This document shows, piece by piece, positions 53,503 to 64,000 of a stretch of DNA of 64,000 nt (its first letter is position 1; each line of letters begins with the position of its first letter). The position numbers were made by a program, and so were the translations under genes. The notes below the pieces were generated by a model, which made no database searches, was not told the origin of the DNA, and worked only from the letters and a program-made list of their open reading frames with translations. Source of the DNA: Psilocybe cubensis (Eukaryota). The stretch lies in contig CM039000.1 of NCBI GenBank assembly GCA_017499595.2, positions 806,001 through 870,000 of the forward strand, written 5' to 3'.

Positions 53503-53541
53503 GCCCCATTCTGGCCTTCGGGCGGGGCTAACCTCTGCTAG
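53503..53541 (+). mobile_element. Helitron-like 3' terminus
   Basis: GC-rich hairpin GCCCC-attctg-GCC-TTCG-GGC-GGGGC (53503-53528), 9-nt spacer, CTAG (53538-53541), then T. Confidence 0.45.
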
Positions 53542-53752
53542 TACGATAAATTGAAGGTGTTGCGATGCATGGACTACGCTCTTTTTTTGGGCTATTAATA
53601 GATCTCGACATTTTACCGAGCGAAAACTCACCAGAAAAACACACAAGCGAGAGTCATCAAGACAAAATCAGACTCCAACTTCGCAAGAATCACATTTATT
53701 TGGCTCTACACTGCTCCGCAAACATTATAATGCACAACTTGCAACTGCAAAC

Positions 53753-55725
53753 TCAAACACCAACCCCCGACCGAATCGTAATATTCTCAACGACATACTC
53801 CGAATCCGCATATCCCAAAACGCGAGGCAGAAGCGCACTATCCAAAAAAAACACATCAGCAATCCATCCCATAACACACAGAGACTAACCTATTCAACCC
53901 TTTAACAGCCATAATCTGCGCAGAATTGTAATTCGCGAGTCCACGGCCAACTTCAATGACATCACTCTCGCAGATTTCCTTCTCCTCTCCCTCCCCCTCC
54001 TCTTCCCCCCTCCCCCCCGCCAAAACAACAACCCTAACAGCCTGCCCCGCCGCAAACACCCCAACCACACCCAGCACCCCAACCGCCAACAACCGCCCCC
54101 CACTCTCCCTCTTCGCCAACACCCCATACGCACCCCCATCAACCACCACACTCCCCGACGGATTCAGCGTATTTCTCGTCCACGCTTTCAAATCGCGCAG
54201 CGGTGTAGGCGAAGCGAGGAAGAGCGTGTGTGGCGGACGCGGGAGGACGCGGTCTATGATTTTGAATACGTTCTGTGGGGTTTGGCTTGTTGTGATTACT
54301 GTTGTTACTCCCGCTGCAGTTGCTATTTCCGCTGCGATTAGCTTGGTCTCCATACCACCCGTACCGAGACTTGACCCTAGCGTATTCGTACTGACTGCAT
54401 TCAAAAAATAAAATTAAAAAAATAAATGAAATAAAAAAAAACCCACACACCCTCCCGCCTAATCCCAGCAACACTCTCAACGACCTCAATCATCCTCGCA
54501 CCGGGCTCCTTCCTCGGGTTTGCCGTATACAGCCCGTCCACGTCCGTCAACAGGAAGAGGTAGTCCGCGTGGATCATGGAGGAGGTTATAGCGGATAGGG
54601 TATTGTTGTCCCCAAATTTGATTTCCTGTTGGTTTGGATGTGGATTTGCATTCGCATTTGTGTGAGATACGAGTTAGCTTGGTGTAAAGAAAAAAAAAGG
54701 ATGAGGAAAAGACAATACGCACACTAACAGAAACCGTATCATTCTCATTCACAATCGGCACAACGCCCATACTCAACAGCTCATTGAGCGTGTTCACAGC
54801 GTTCAAATACCGCGTGCGCTAGATGTAAAAAGTATACATTGCGAGTGAGTATGCGTAAAACGATAACAAAGGGAAATAGGAAAATTGGAAAATAGGAATA
54901 GAAAGGGATAACATGAAACACGACGCGTAAAACGCTCTCGCGCACACAAGTCCCAAGCCCCCCAAAAAAAGACGGAGCAAAAGCAAAAGCAAGAACCAAA
55001 AAAAAAACTCACATCAGAAATATCCCCCCTCGTCAAAAGAATCTGCGCAATAGGCTGTTCGAGCTGGCTGAACAGGTTATCCCATAGCGCTATAAGTCTG
55101 CCTTGGCCGATGGCCGCTAGTGCCTGTCCAAGTCCACAAGTAAAGTAATAAAAATAAAAAATAAAAAATCAAGTCAGCGAACCCAACCCAAAAAAACCCC
55201 CCAAAAAAACACGCAAACCCACCTGTTTCCCAACAAGACTCCCCGGCCTCCTCTCCATCCTCATCCTCCTCATCCCCACCCCAATCGCACCCGAGCTAAC
55301 CAGCACAACGCGATGCCCGTGCCTTTTCAGATCGACGACGACTTCGACGATGGCGGAGAGTTTGGAGAGGAGGGGTTGGTGGGTTGTTTCGTGTACTATT
55401 GAGGATGTGCCTGTGGGGTGGGGTGGGTGAGTATGGATGGGGTGAGTTATGTATGGAACAGGGTGGAGGAGGGGATGGGGGGTGGTGGTGGTGAGGAGGA
55501 GGAGGAGGGGGATGAGTGGGTGTGCGCAGGAGGACGAGGGGGCGAGGGGGACGAGAAGGAGGGAGGAGGGATGAATCAACGCGTCTACAAACACTCACCG
55601 AGTTTAATCACGATCGTCTGCGGTGGCACACCGTTCCGCGGGAGGGTAGACGCGGGCGCCGGGGCGGGGGTGGTGGAAGGCGCGGGGGTCGCTGGTGATG
55701 GTGTCGGCGGTGACGGTGAATGCAT
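53753..55725 (-). CDS. PRO1: Glutamate 5-kinase, copy 2 (GDND motif changed to GDNN)
   Basis: Same exon structure as copy 1 and no stop or frameshift seen. Codon at 54602-54604 is AAT (Asn) where copy 1 has GAC (Asp). Shorter acidic insert in the PUA domain. Confidence 0.9.
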
Positions 55726-56389
55726 ATCGTTGGTATTATGCTTATGGTCATGTGATTACAATGTCAAAGTCAAGGAAAGGCGATGTGTGATGTCGGGGGT
55801 GCGGTAGTGGTAGTGCGTTAGTGTTGTCGGGGTGCGGTAGTGGTAGAAGAATGCCCTTTGCGATGGATGCGTGGTGGTGTGTGGTAGTGCCGACGGTGGT
55901 AATCAAGCTCCTAAGAACACCGCAAAGCAAAAAGCTAAAGCAAAGAAAAGGAAGAGTATCAGCACTGAGCAAATCAAGTCAAAGATCGATGACGAACAAG
56001 AACGAGAACGAGATGTCGATGACGCCAAAACCAAAAAATTTAGCCGGTCGTAATAAAGAGTACGTACCGGTACAAGTAAGTACGCGTTCGAGTCCGCGTT
56101 CGAGTCCGAGCTATTCAACCCGAAGTGTTTGCAATGTGTGTGGTGTCGGCGGTGACGGCCCGCTGTTTGGCAGGCAATCAGCTAGGCGCGTCAATCGTGT
56201 CTCAGTAGACTCGCCCAGTTCCTGCTTTGTTCACCCTCCGATCAGCCGCCTGCACCATGCATTCTCTCCTCCCATCCTCACTTAGCCGGCGTGTCGTGTA
56301 GGGCCCGATTTGCCTCTCTGCGCAGCGACGAGCGAGCGTTGGCGTCCGCGCGTCGTCGACTCGACATCTGTGGAAGTGGGTTAGCAGCG

Positions 56390-58844
56390 GTGCACTTCCA
56401 AGGTGCGTCAGTAGCTCGTTGTGATGCTTACCGTTACTCATCGTGCCACCAATCCCTGTAGCCTGCCTCTCCTGTATCAATAATCCCGCCCAATACTCAT
56501 CAACCCCTCCCGCTCAGCGTCAACACTCTCCACCGCCTCGCATCCTCCGCAGTTCCGCACATCGTATCCACTTTGACGACGCCTTCTTTGCGCTGCGTCA
56601 ACTAGACGTTGGCATCTGTCCGTCCATGAGCGGTAGCAACTCACCGTCGCAGTCTACCTCTGTCGCTGCATCGATCACATCGTGGTAGTGCCAGAACTCG
56701 ATGGAGAACTTCGAAAATCGGTCAGTAAATTTCATGACAGCTATCGGGCAGCTGCTTACCCTCTTTCATCGTGTCGCCACCCTATCCAGAAAGCATCGGA
56801 TCAACAAGCACCCGCCGTCAGTTTCCTTCAACCCACCATGGCAGAGGAGCGGGATGGAACCCTCGGGACGGCATCAAGACCGTCTCGAGTCCTTTGGCGT
56901 GGTTTTATTGCAGAGGCGGGCAGAGGAGACTAGTTAGAATAAGGTGCGTCAGAAGATTATATGTCAGCCATCATGCTTTTGCTTACCGTCGTCGCTGTTG
57001 CTTTTGACTTGTCCAGCAAGTATCTTATCAACCAGCTCACCATGGCCAGTGCGTATCCTAACACTCACCACACATCGCCAATCACCCTCAATTCCCACAT
57101 CGACCAGCATCCACCGTTATTCGTCGTCAACAGTCGCTGTGGCCCGTCGAGAGCGAGGTGGATCAGTCAGGATGCATCAAGACCGTGTTTTGTCCCTCGC
57201 AGTCCACTCTGCATCAATGGTGAGAGGCACAGCTCGCTGTCGGGTGTGCCCACGGCGTCCTTTTCATTGTTACAAAGGCGGGCGGAGGAGAATTGTCAGG
57301 TGAATCCACGTCCAAGGTGCGTCAGTACGTTGTATGGCAGTTATCCTACTGCTGCTTACCGTCGTCGCTGTTACTTTGACCTGTCCAGCAAATATTTTAT
57401 CAACCAACTCACAACGTCAGTCAACCTCAAAGCTCACCATGGGCACCGCGTATTGTTACGATCGGTATTCTTCGCCAATCACCCTCAACACTCGTATCAA
57501 CCACCATCCATCGCTATTCACCCACAACAATCGAGGCGGCCGAGAGATCGAGAGCAGGATGAAATAGCCGGGAAGCGTCAAGCGCGTATCGTCCATCTCG
57601 GTATCAATGGCGAGGGGTGCCCCTCGCTGTTGGGTAGGGGCCAGGCGTCGTTTTTGGTCGTTACAGAGGCGGGCAGAGGTGACTGGTTAGGAGAACCTAC
57701 GTCCAAGGTGCGTCAGTTAGATTTTATGAAAGTCATCGGCTGCTTACCTCGTTTATTGTGTCGCCGTTCAGCCTATCCAGCAAGCGTTAAATTAACCAGC
57801 AAGCAACGTCAGTTGCCCTCAACACTCACCGTGGTACAGATATCGCATCGACCCGCATCGACCGTTATTCGCCATCAACTATCGCCGTGGCCGAGAGATC
57901 GAGAGCGGGATGAAATAGTCCGGAGGCATCAAGGCCGTCTGTATCGTCCATCTCGGTATCAATGGCGAGGGGTGCCCCTCGCTGTTGGGTAGGGGCCAGG
58001 CGTCGTTTTTGGTCGTTACAGAGGCGGGCAGAGGTGACTGGTTAGGAGAACCTACGTCCAAGGTGCGTCAGTTAGATTTTATGAAAGTCATCGGCTGCTT
58101 ACCTCGTTTATCGTGTCGCCGTTCAGCCTATCCAGCAAGCGTTAGATTAACCAGCAAGCAACGTCAGTTGCCCTCAACACTCACCGTGGCACAGACATTA
58201 GGAGCGGATTTGGGACACATGTTTTGTCCCCCATAGTCCGGTGGATCCAACTTGGTGACAGAGGCGGGTGGAGAATCCACTTCCAAGGTATGTCAGTAAA
58301 GTCTATGTCAGTTATTGTTCTGCTGCTTACCATCGTTTATCTTGTCGACACCGTCTTGTACCTTTCCAGAAACCTTCGTATCAACCAGCACACGCTGTCA
58401 GTCGTCATGGTGGATAGGTCGAGAGGATATCCTGTCAAGGTGCGTCGTCAGCGTTGTGCGTATCATAGAGCATCTTACTCACGGAAATCATTCCTTTTCT
58501 GTGCAGCGAGCAGCGTTGTGAGCAGCAGCGTGTCGTTAAGTGGGTGCAACTCACCGTTGCGGGCAGGGCGGGACAGGTTAGGAGGTCGCTCTGTAGAGGT
58601 GCGTCGTCAGTGTTGAACTACCCAGAATCGCCTCGGCGTCGTGTCAATATCACTCACCGTCGTGTCAAAGAACACCTGTGGAGTACTCAACGTCAGCGCC
58701 ATCGAGAACCAGCCACAGAGCTTACCGTCTGCCCGAATGCGCCATCCAAGCCCGAAGAGAAAAGAAGCGGAGAGCTGAAGAGGCAGAGGAGAGTAGGCGG
58801 TGAGGGGGATGAAGAATGCCAGCAAGGTGCGTGGTCTTTATATA
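56390..58844 (-). repeat. Second copy of the splice-signal tandem array / candidate spliced non-coding transcript
   Basis: Same motifs as 45640-48068; TATATAAA on minus at 58837-58844. Confidence 0.7.
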
Positions 58845-61800
58845 CCCGCGTCGGATTCTAGTACGCCTGTGATATGTCGTAAGTAGTCCGCAAAAATAAA
58901 ATATATAGAATCTTTGTTTTTTTTTTGGGTGTCGCTTGTTAGTGCGGATTCGGATTCGGGTTATGCGAGTGTGGTCCGATCGTCCGTGTGTGTCGAGATT
59001 GTAGATTCGATGTGATTCCTCCGTTTGCATTTGGGATAATTGAGAAACTGGGTGGTTGTATTGTATGGTGAAATGGGATTTCGTGCTTTCGTTCGTTTGA
59101 GCTGATATGGATGCATTGCGCTCAACAGAGTATTATATCCAATTCAATACAAAATAAAGATTTGCAACACAACAAGACTCAAACCAGGACCATACAACCC
59201 ATTGCACAAGTACTAGGTTCATGAAGTACGCCATTTCACCCGAAATACCAATAACGAGACTTCAGCACCAAATCCCCTCGAACAACCTTCCACAATGTTC
59301 AAATGCTTCACGACTCGGGGAAACCAGTACGTACATTCAATCCACCACCCATACGTACGCTACACATAAACACATAAACCACACATTCTAGCTCTCCCGG
59401 AGTGCGGACACTTGCTCTGTAGTCAACACCCGCAGAACTTGTCTTCTGCACAGCGACAGATTAATTGAACGCCGCTGTCTTCCTCCGATCTGACGTTATG
59501 GATAGCCGAGGTGGTGTAATTCCGGAACCGAAGGAAAAGGAAAGCGGTTGGAATGGGGTGGAATGCGGATTTGGGAGAGGAGGTGCAGATTTGGTTGGGA
59601 TGACATTGTTTGAGATGTTTCGATGGTTCTGCGGGGCGGATGGTTTGGAGGGGTAGAGTTGAGAGGTATCGTTACCCCTGTTGGCTCTCTAGAGGTGTGT
59701 GTTTCGAGCAAAAGGTGTTATTTGCGCTGTATGTAGACATGCACGTTCTCGGCGCTTATTTGGAGTTGATACCCAGTACGAATTTTTTCATCACACTCCG
59801 AGCTCAGAAAGACTCAAAGACATACTCACATACTCAATAGGCCTTACAATATCCCTTAGGGGCTACCCGACACTGAAAACCCATGTAAATCCGTTATTCC
59901 AGCAATGAGGGCATTCGGCTCAATAAACACACATGCAATACGAAACCAGACAAAACTTACGACTTTTCAACCTTTGATCCGAGCCCAGACACCAGCATAA
60001 CACCATAGGTAACGTACCAAAACACCCTAAATCCCAGGAAGACACGGAAAACGCGCAGAATTGTACGGTACGTATAGTGAATTCATGCATCTGGCTGAAA
60101 ATTGTCAGTGGTTGCTTTCATTTCCGACCTTCTAGGTTGGGTGACGGCAGCCTGGCCTAGCCGAGCAGGTCCCCGCTAGTGCCGGAAAAGACCAGGAAGA
60201 AGAGGAGTCGTTGGAAATGGGCTGTATTCGCGAATCGGGGGAGGGGGAGGATGTTGGTATGTACGTGAGTTGAAAATTTTGTTGAATTTTTTTGGGATTG
60301 TTGACTTGGGGTCTACGATTTGAGTTGCGTGGTATATAGTACTATTAATTGATATACAGGGATACTTGAGGAATGCCCTTTGAATGGCTGAATTCACGCA
60401 ATTCACTCTGATGTCTATTCGGGCGCTTAACATTTTTTGAAATGTCCAACTTTTCTCAACACTCCAGCACTCAAATCTCGCTGCCCATTTAGTACATTGC
60501 ATACTATTCTGACCCCTCGTCTCTTAAAAAGACCCCTAGAAATCTTTGGACGGTGGAAATGCATAATTTACACGATTTCACGGCTTGACGCGAACATGTA
60601 CAAATTGTCAAATTATCCTTGCACCACGCCGCAGCATCTCTCCAAACACGCATCATAACACTTATAGGCATCCGTCAAGCCACCTCATACAACGTTAACG
60701 CAGAAAACGGCTGCGGTACGCTCGCCACGTCGTTATTACAATTCCGTACCGTATCCAATCAAGTCCGTTCTTCTGGACTCTGAAGCACCGAGTCACAACG
60801 TCATTCGCGAGCCGAAGAGTGCTAGTCCAGTCTATATTAAGGTCCAGATAGAATGGAAACGACTGAAACGACGTAAATTGACGTATCGGGGGAGGAGGAG
60901 AATGTCATTGGTTTGTATGTCAAACAAATGTCATTGCTTCCTGTGAGTGATTTCGGACTATTCTAGGTGATATATCAGTACTGGTACACCATACCCTGCC
61001 TGTGAGCTTGTTGTAATCTATGCTTTGCGGATGAAATTGCGTGCAGTCGATTTTAGGACGAGTACATGAAAATTCACAAGAGATTTCAATTTATTCTATT
61101 AGTTACAAGTGCATTTTATCATATTGTCTTCTATTCACATTCTGTAGTACACTATTTCAGCTCACAAACGCCTTATAGAGGTCAAACCGCCATGAACACA
61201 AATGCCACGTCATTGTGTTTTTCTCAATCCTCCGAAACTTCAGAGTGTTGATACTGGTCGCTGAACATTGCGATGGCTCCGAGCAGCCGAGGCACTAGCC
61301 TTATTGGGCTAAAAACCTGCCATAGACTCCAATTAGACTTGAAATTTGCATTCAAGAGCGGAACAGGGCACGAGGAACTCCTGCACGAGTTATTTAAGTA
61401 TCCGTTTGCGACACGGATTTTCGGCCGCAGAGCGTAATAAATTTGTATCTGATCGCGTATATCAAACCTATACAGCGTTACAGATAGTCATCGAGTACAT
61501 GGATGCGGTCTGACTTACTGGTATACCCACAAACAATTTCTGTAGAGTATACCTCGAGATTTTGATATATTTACATTGAAAACACGCCAGAGTTATATTT
61601 AACTCCCATTAAAACACCTTCAATTACAGTTGCTACATCAAAAATGACCCCCAGACGTAGTAGAAAGCTCTCCAGCAAACACTTATGTAAATGTGGGCCT
61701 GGATGTTGTTCAGCCCAGATTTAAAATTAGGCTTGAACCGAGGATCGTGAATCAGGAATCGCGATGACGCAGATCGGGCGCTAGCGCGACTATTCTAAAA

Positions 61801-64000
61801 GCGGATTTCGTAGGAAGCAGCGGCGCTTATTGCTTGTTACGACAATGTGCGTCATTATATTAAACAGCTCAGCTCTGCCCTGACACGCGTCCGACGCGTC
61901 GCGTCGAGTTCAGGTGACTTTGCTATTTTTTAAACCGTTTCGTGTTTAGGGGTTCAGCGTGTCATGCTGGCGTTCAGGGTCTTTTTCCCCTCTGGAATTG
62001 TGGATGAGACGCGTCGCGTCACATTCAGGATACCTGAGTGCTGAATGTGCATTATACGCGTGTTGTGCCAGCGGTACAGGACGTTATTTTGGACGTGAAT
62101 GCACGTAATGTTGTGAAGCAACGTTCAACAAAACTACGGGCTTCTACACGAAAGTGGATCTCCGGGTCTAGCAAAATGATACGAGTTTACTAGGATGGAA
62201 GACGGCTGTTCCGGTGCTTGAGCAGGGATTGTACCCAGTATTGTAATAATAAATTTGTGGATGTGGACAGATTTCGGACATTTGTAGCAGGATCTTTTGC
62301 CTTAGAATTCAAGTTGGATAGCAAACAGGGAAGCGGAATCACTCATATTCATGGACTCCTAAGAGTCAAGTTATGGCATTCCAATAAATAAATTTAACAC
62401 TTCGTAAACGAAGTTGGAGTGAAGCGAAGACTAGTGTAATTGATGAAGCTACAGAAATGAGGTGATGTGCCAGCGGAAATACAACGTGACCTTGAAAACT
62501 TGGAAAAAAAGAGTATAAAGACGGACTGGAAATTTGTGAACCCCAGCCGTGCATTATGCCCTAATGCTGGACGTGTTTTTCGTCGACGCGCACCCATCCT
62601 CGTTGTTGCCTCCCTCGTTGTGCACCCTCCTTGTCGTGCACCCTCCTTGTCGTGCACTATCCTCATCGTCCACCCTCCTCTTCGTGCACCTTCCTCGTCG
62701 TGCACCTTCCTTGGTGTTGTAGTCACCCTATGCCATGCTCCGGTATAGACTCTGGTCTCTTGGACATGTTCTGTGTTTAACCTTGTAAGTTTTATATGTT
62801 TTGTTTCGAAGACTCATGTAGTACTGACAATGCATGCAGAATCAAAGTTGAGATTTGGATGTCCGGCGAATGCTGGTGAAGGAATGCATGGGAGTGAGAG
62901 GTATGTGACTTTGTATGTAGTGTCAGAAGATGTACTGACTTTGTATTAGTTGCATCTCGAAGCTACGCGTTGATCTTTGCATCTGACAATAGAGGGCTGT
63001 GATATGGGTAAGTGTCTTGCTGTTCAGAGTGCTAGACACGCGTCTAACTGTTTTCTGTAACCCAGATAGCTTTGACGCGATGTATTTCTTTCCCACGACT
63101 CCGAATTGTTAGTGCCAGCATGCCCAAATGTGCTCTGAGGCAACATATCGTTGTCCGGCGAGCTAAACTCCTCATCCCAAACTCATGCACCACCAAACTA
63201 TGCCCCGACACGATATATCGCCGTCCGGCGAGCTGAACCCTCCCCTTTGCTCGTATCGACTCCATGTGCAACCAACCAATGCCCCAACGCAAAGTATTGC
63301 CTTCCGGCAAGCAGGATATAGCCCACTACGTATCAAGCTATGTGCCGACACCATGTATCGCCGTCCGGCGAGCTGGACCCTCGCTTTTCTCGTCTCGACT
63401 TCATGTGCAACCAACGTATACTCCAACGCGATGCATCGTCTTCCAGCGAGCAGGATTTAACCCACTACGTATCCAGCTATGCGCTGACGCTATGTATCGC
63501 CGTCCGGCGAGCTAGACGCATCTCTTCCCTCTTCATGTGCAACCAGTAGCTATGCCCCAACGTCGTGCAGCCTCTTTGGAGGCAGTGCTATGCTCGCACC
63601 CAACCTATCGTCGTCCGGCGAGATGTATTGCTGTCCGCCGAACTGGATACACCCTACTCTTCACCCAGCACCCTCGAATCATCCCCCTATGGCGTCCGGC
63701 GAACACGACACATCGTTATCCGGGGAATTATGACCCAGTGCATCCAACATGGTGCCACCCGACGAGCAGGACTCACCCTAATTACCATCCGGCACCCTCG
63801 AGTCACTCCACGATGGCGTCCGGCGAACACGACATATCGTCGTCTGGGGAGCTTTGACCCAGGGGTATGCTCCAACACAACATACCGTCGTCTGGGGAGC
63901 TTTGATCCACGACGTATTGGCGTTCGATGAGATGGGCCACTGTCAACCCGGTGGAATGAAGCTACGCACCTTTGAAGAACACGTATGACGTGTCGCCATC

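Larger units (their letters stand above)
42527..53683. repeat. Tandem segmental duplication, unit 1 (about 11.2 kb)
   Basis: Collinear similarity to 53684-64000, starting at CAAGAATCACATTTATTTGGCTCTACACTGCTCCGCAAACATTA. Confidence 0.93.
53684..64000. repeat. Tandem segmental duplication, unit 2 (runs off the window end)
   Basis: The window end TGACGTGTCGCCATC matches about 53321-53335; same gene and arrays in the same order as unit 1. Confidence 0.93.

Noticed and set aside
46875-57992. Long plus-strand ORFs of 291 aa (46875-47750) and 343 aa (56961-57992)
   Set aside because: They lie in tandem repeats, frames are not conserved between copies, and the splice signals are on the opposite strand.

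Overview
Intron-rich fungal genomic DNA, most consistent with an agaric mushroom (inferred from short GT-AG introns with CTRAC branch points and a PhoSL-type lectin gene known from Strophariaceae). The left part holds ordinary genes: the 3' part of a cytochrome P450, a membrane-anchored histidine acid phosphatase, a divergent WBP1/ADK1 pair, a Zn2Cys6 transcription factor and a CBM21 PP1-targeting subunit. The main find is invisible in the ORF track: a 7-exon gene at 28245-29140 encoding a 189-aa secreted precursor with three tandem 40-aa PhoSL-like core-fucose lectin units. Next come an intact, very recent Ty1/copia element (identical 181-bp LTRs, ATACC TSD, half-tRNA-type PBS), a CE4 polysaccharide deacetylase, a LINE remnant and a PRPP synthetase gene. 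The right third is an approximately 11.2-kb tandem duplication (42527-53683 and 53684 to window end). Each unit carries a glutamate 5-kinase gene (copy 2 has GDND changed to GDNN), a repeat array with conserved minus-strand splice signals but no conserved reading frame, and minisatellites. Unit 1 ends near a Helitron-like 3' terminus. Several candidate structured RNAs were also seen. All calls are by eye; no searches were run.
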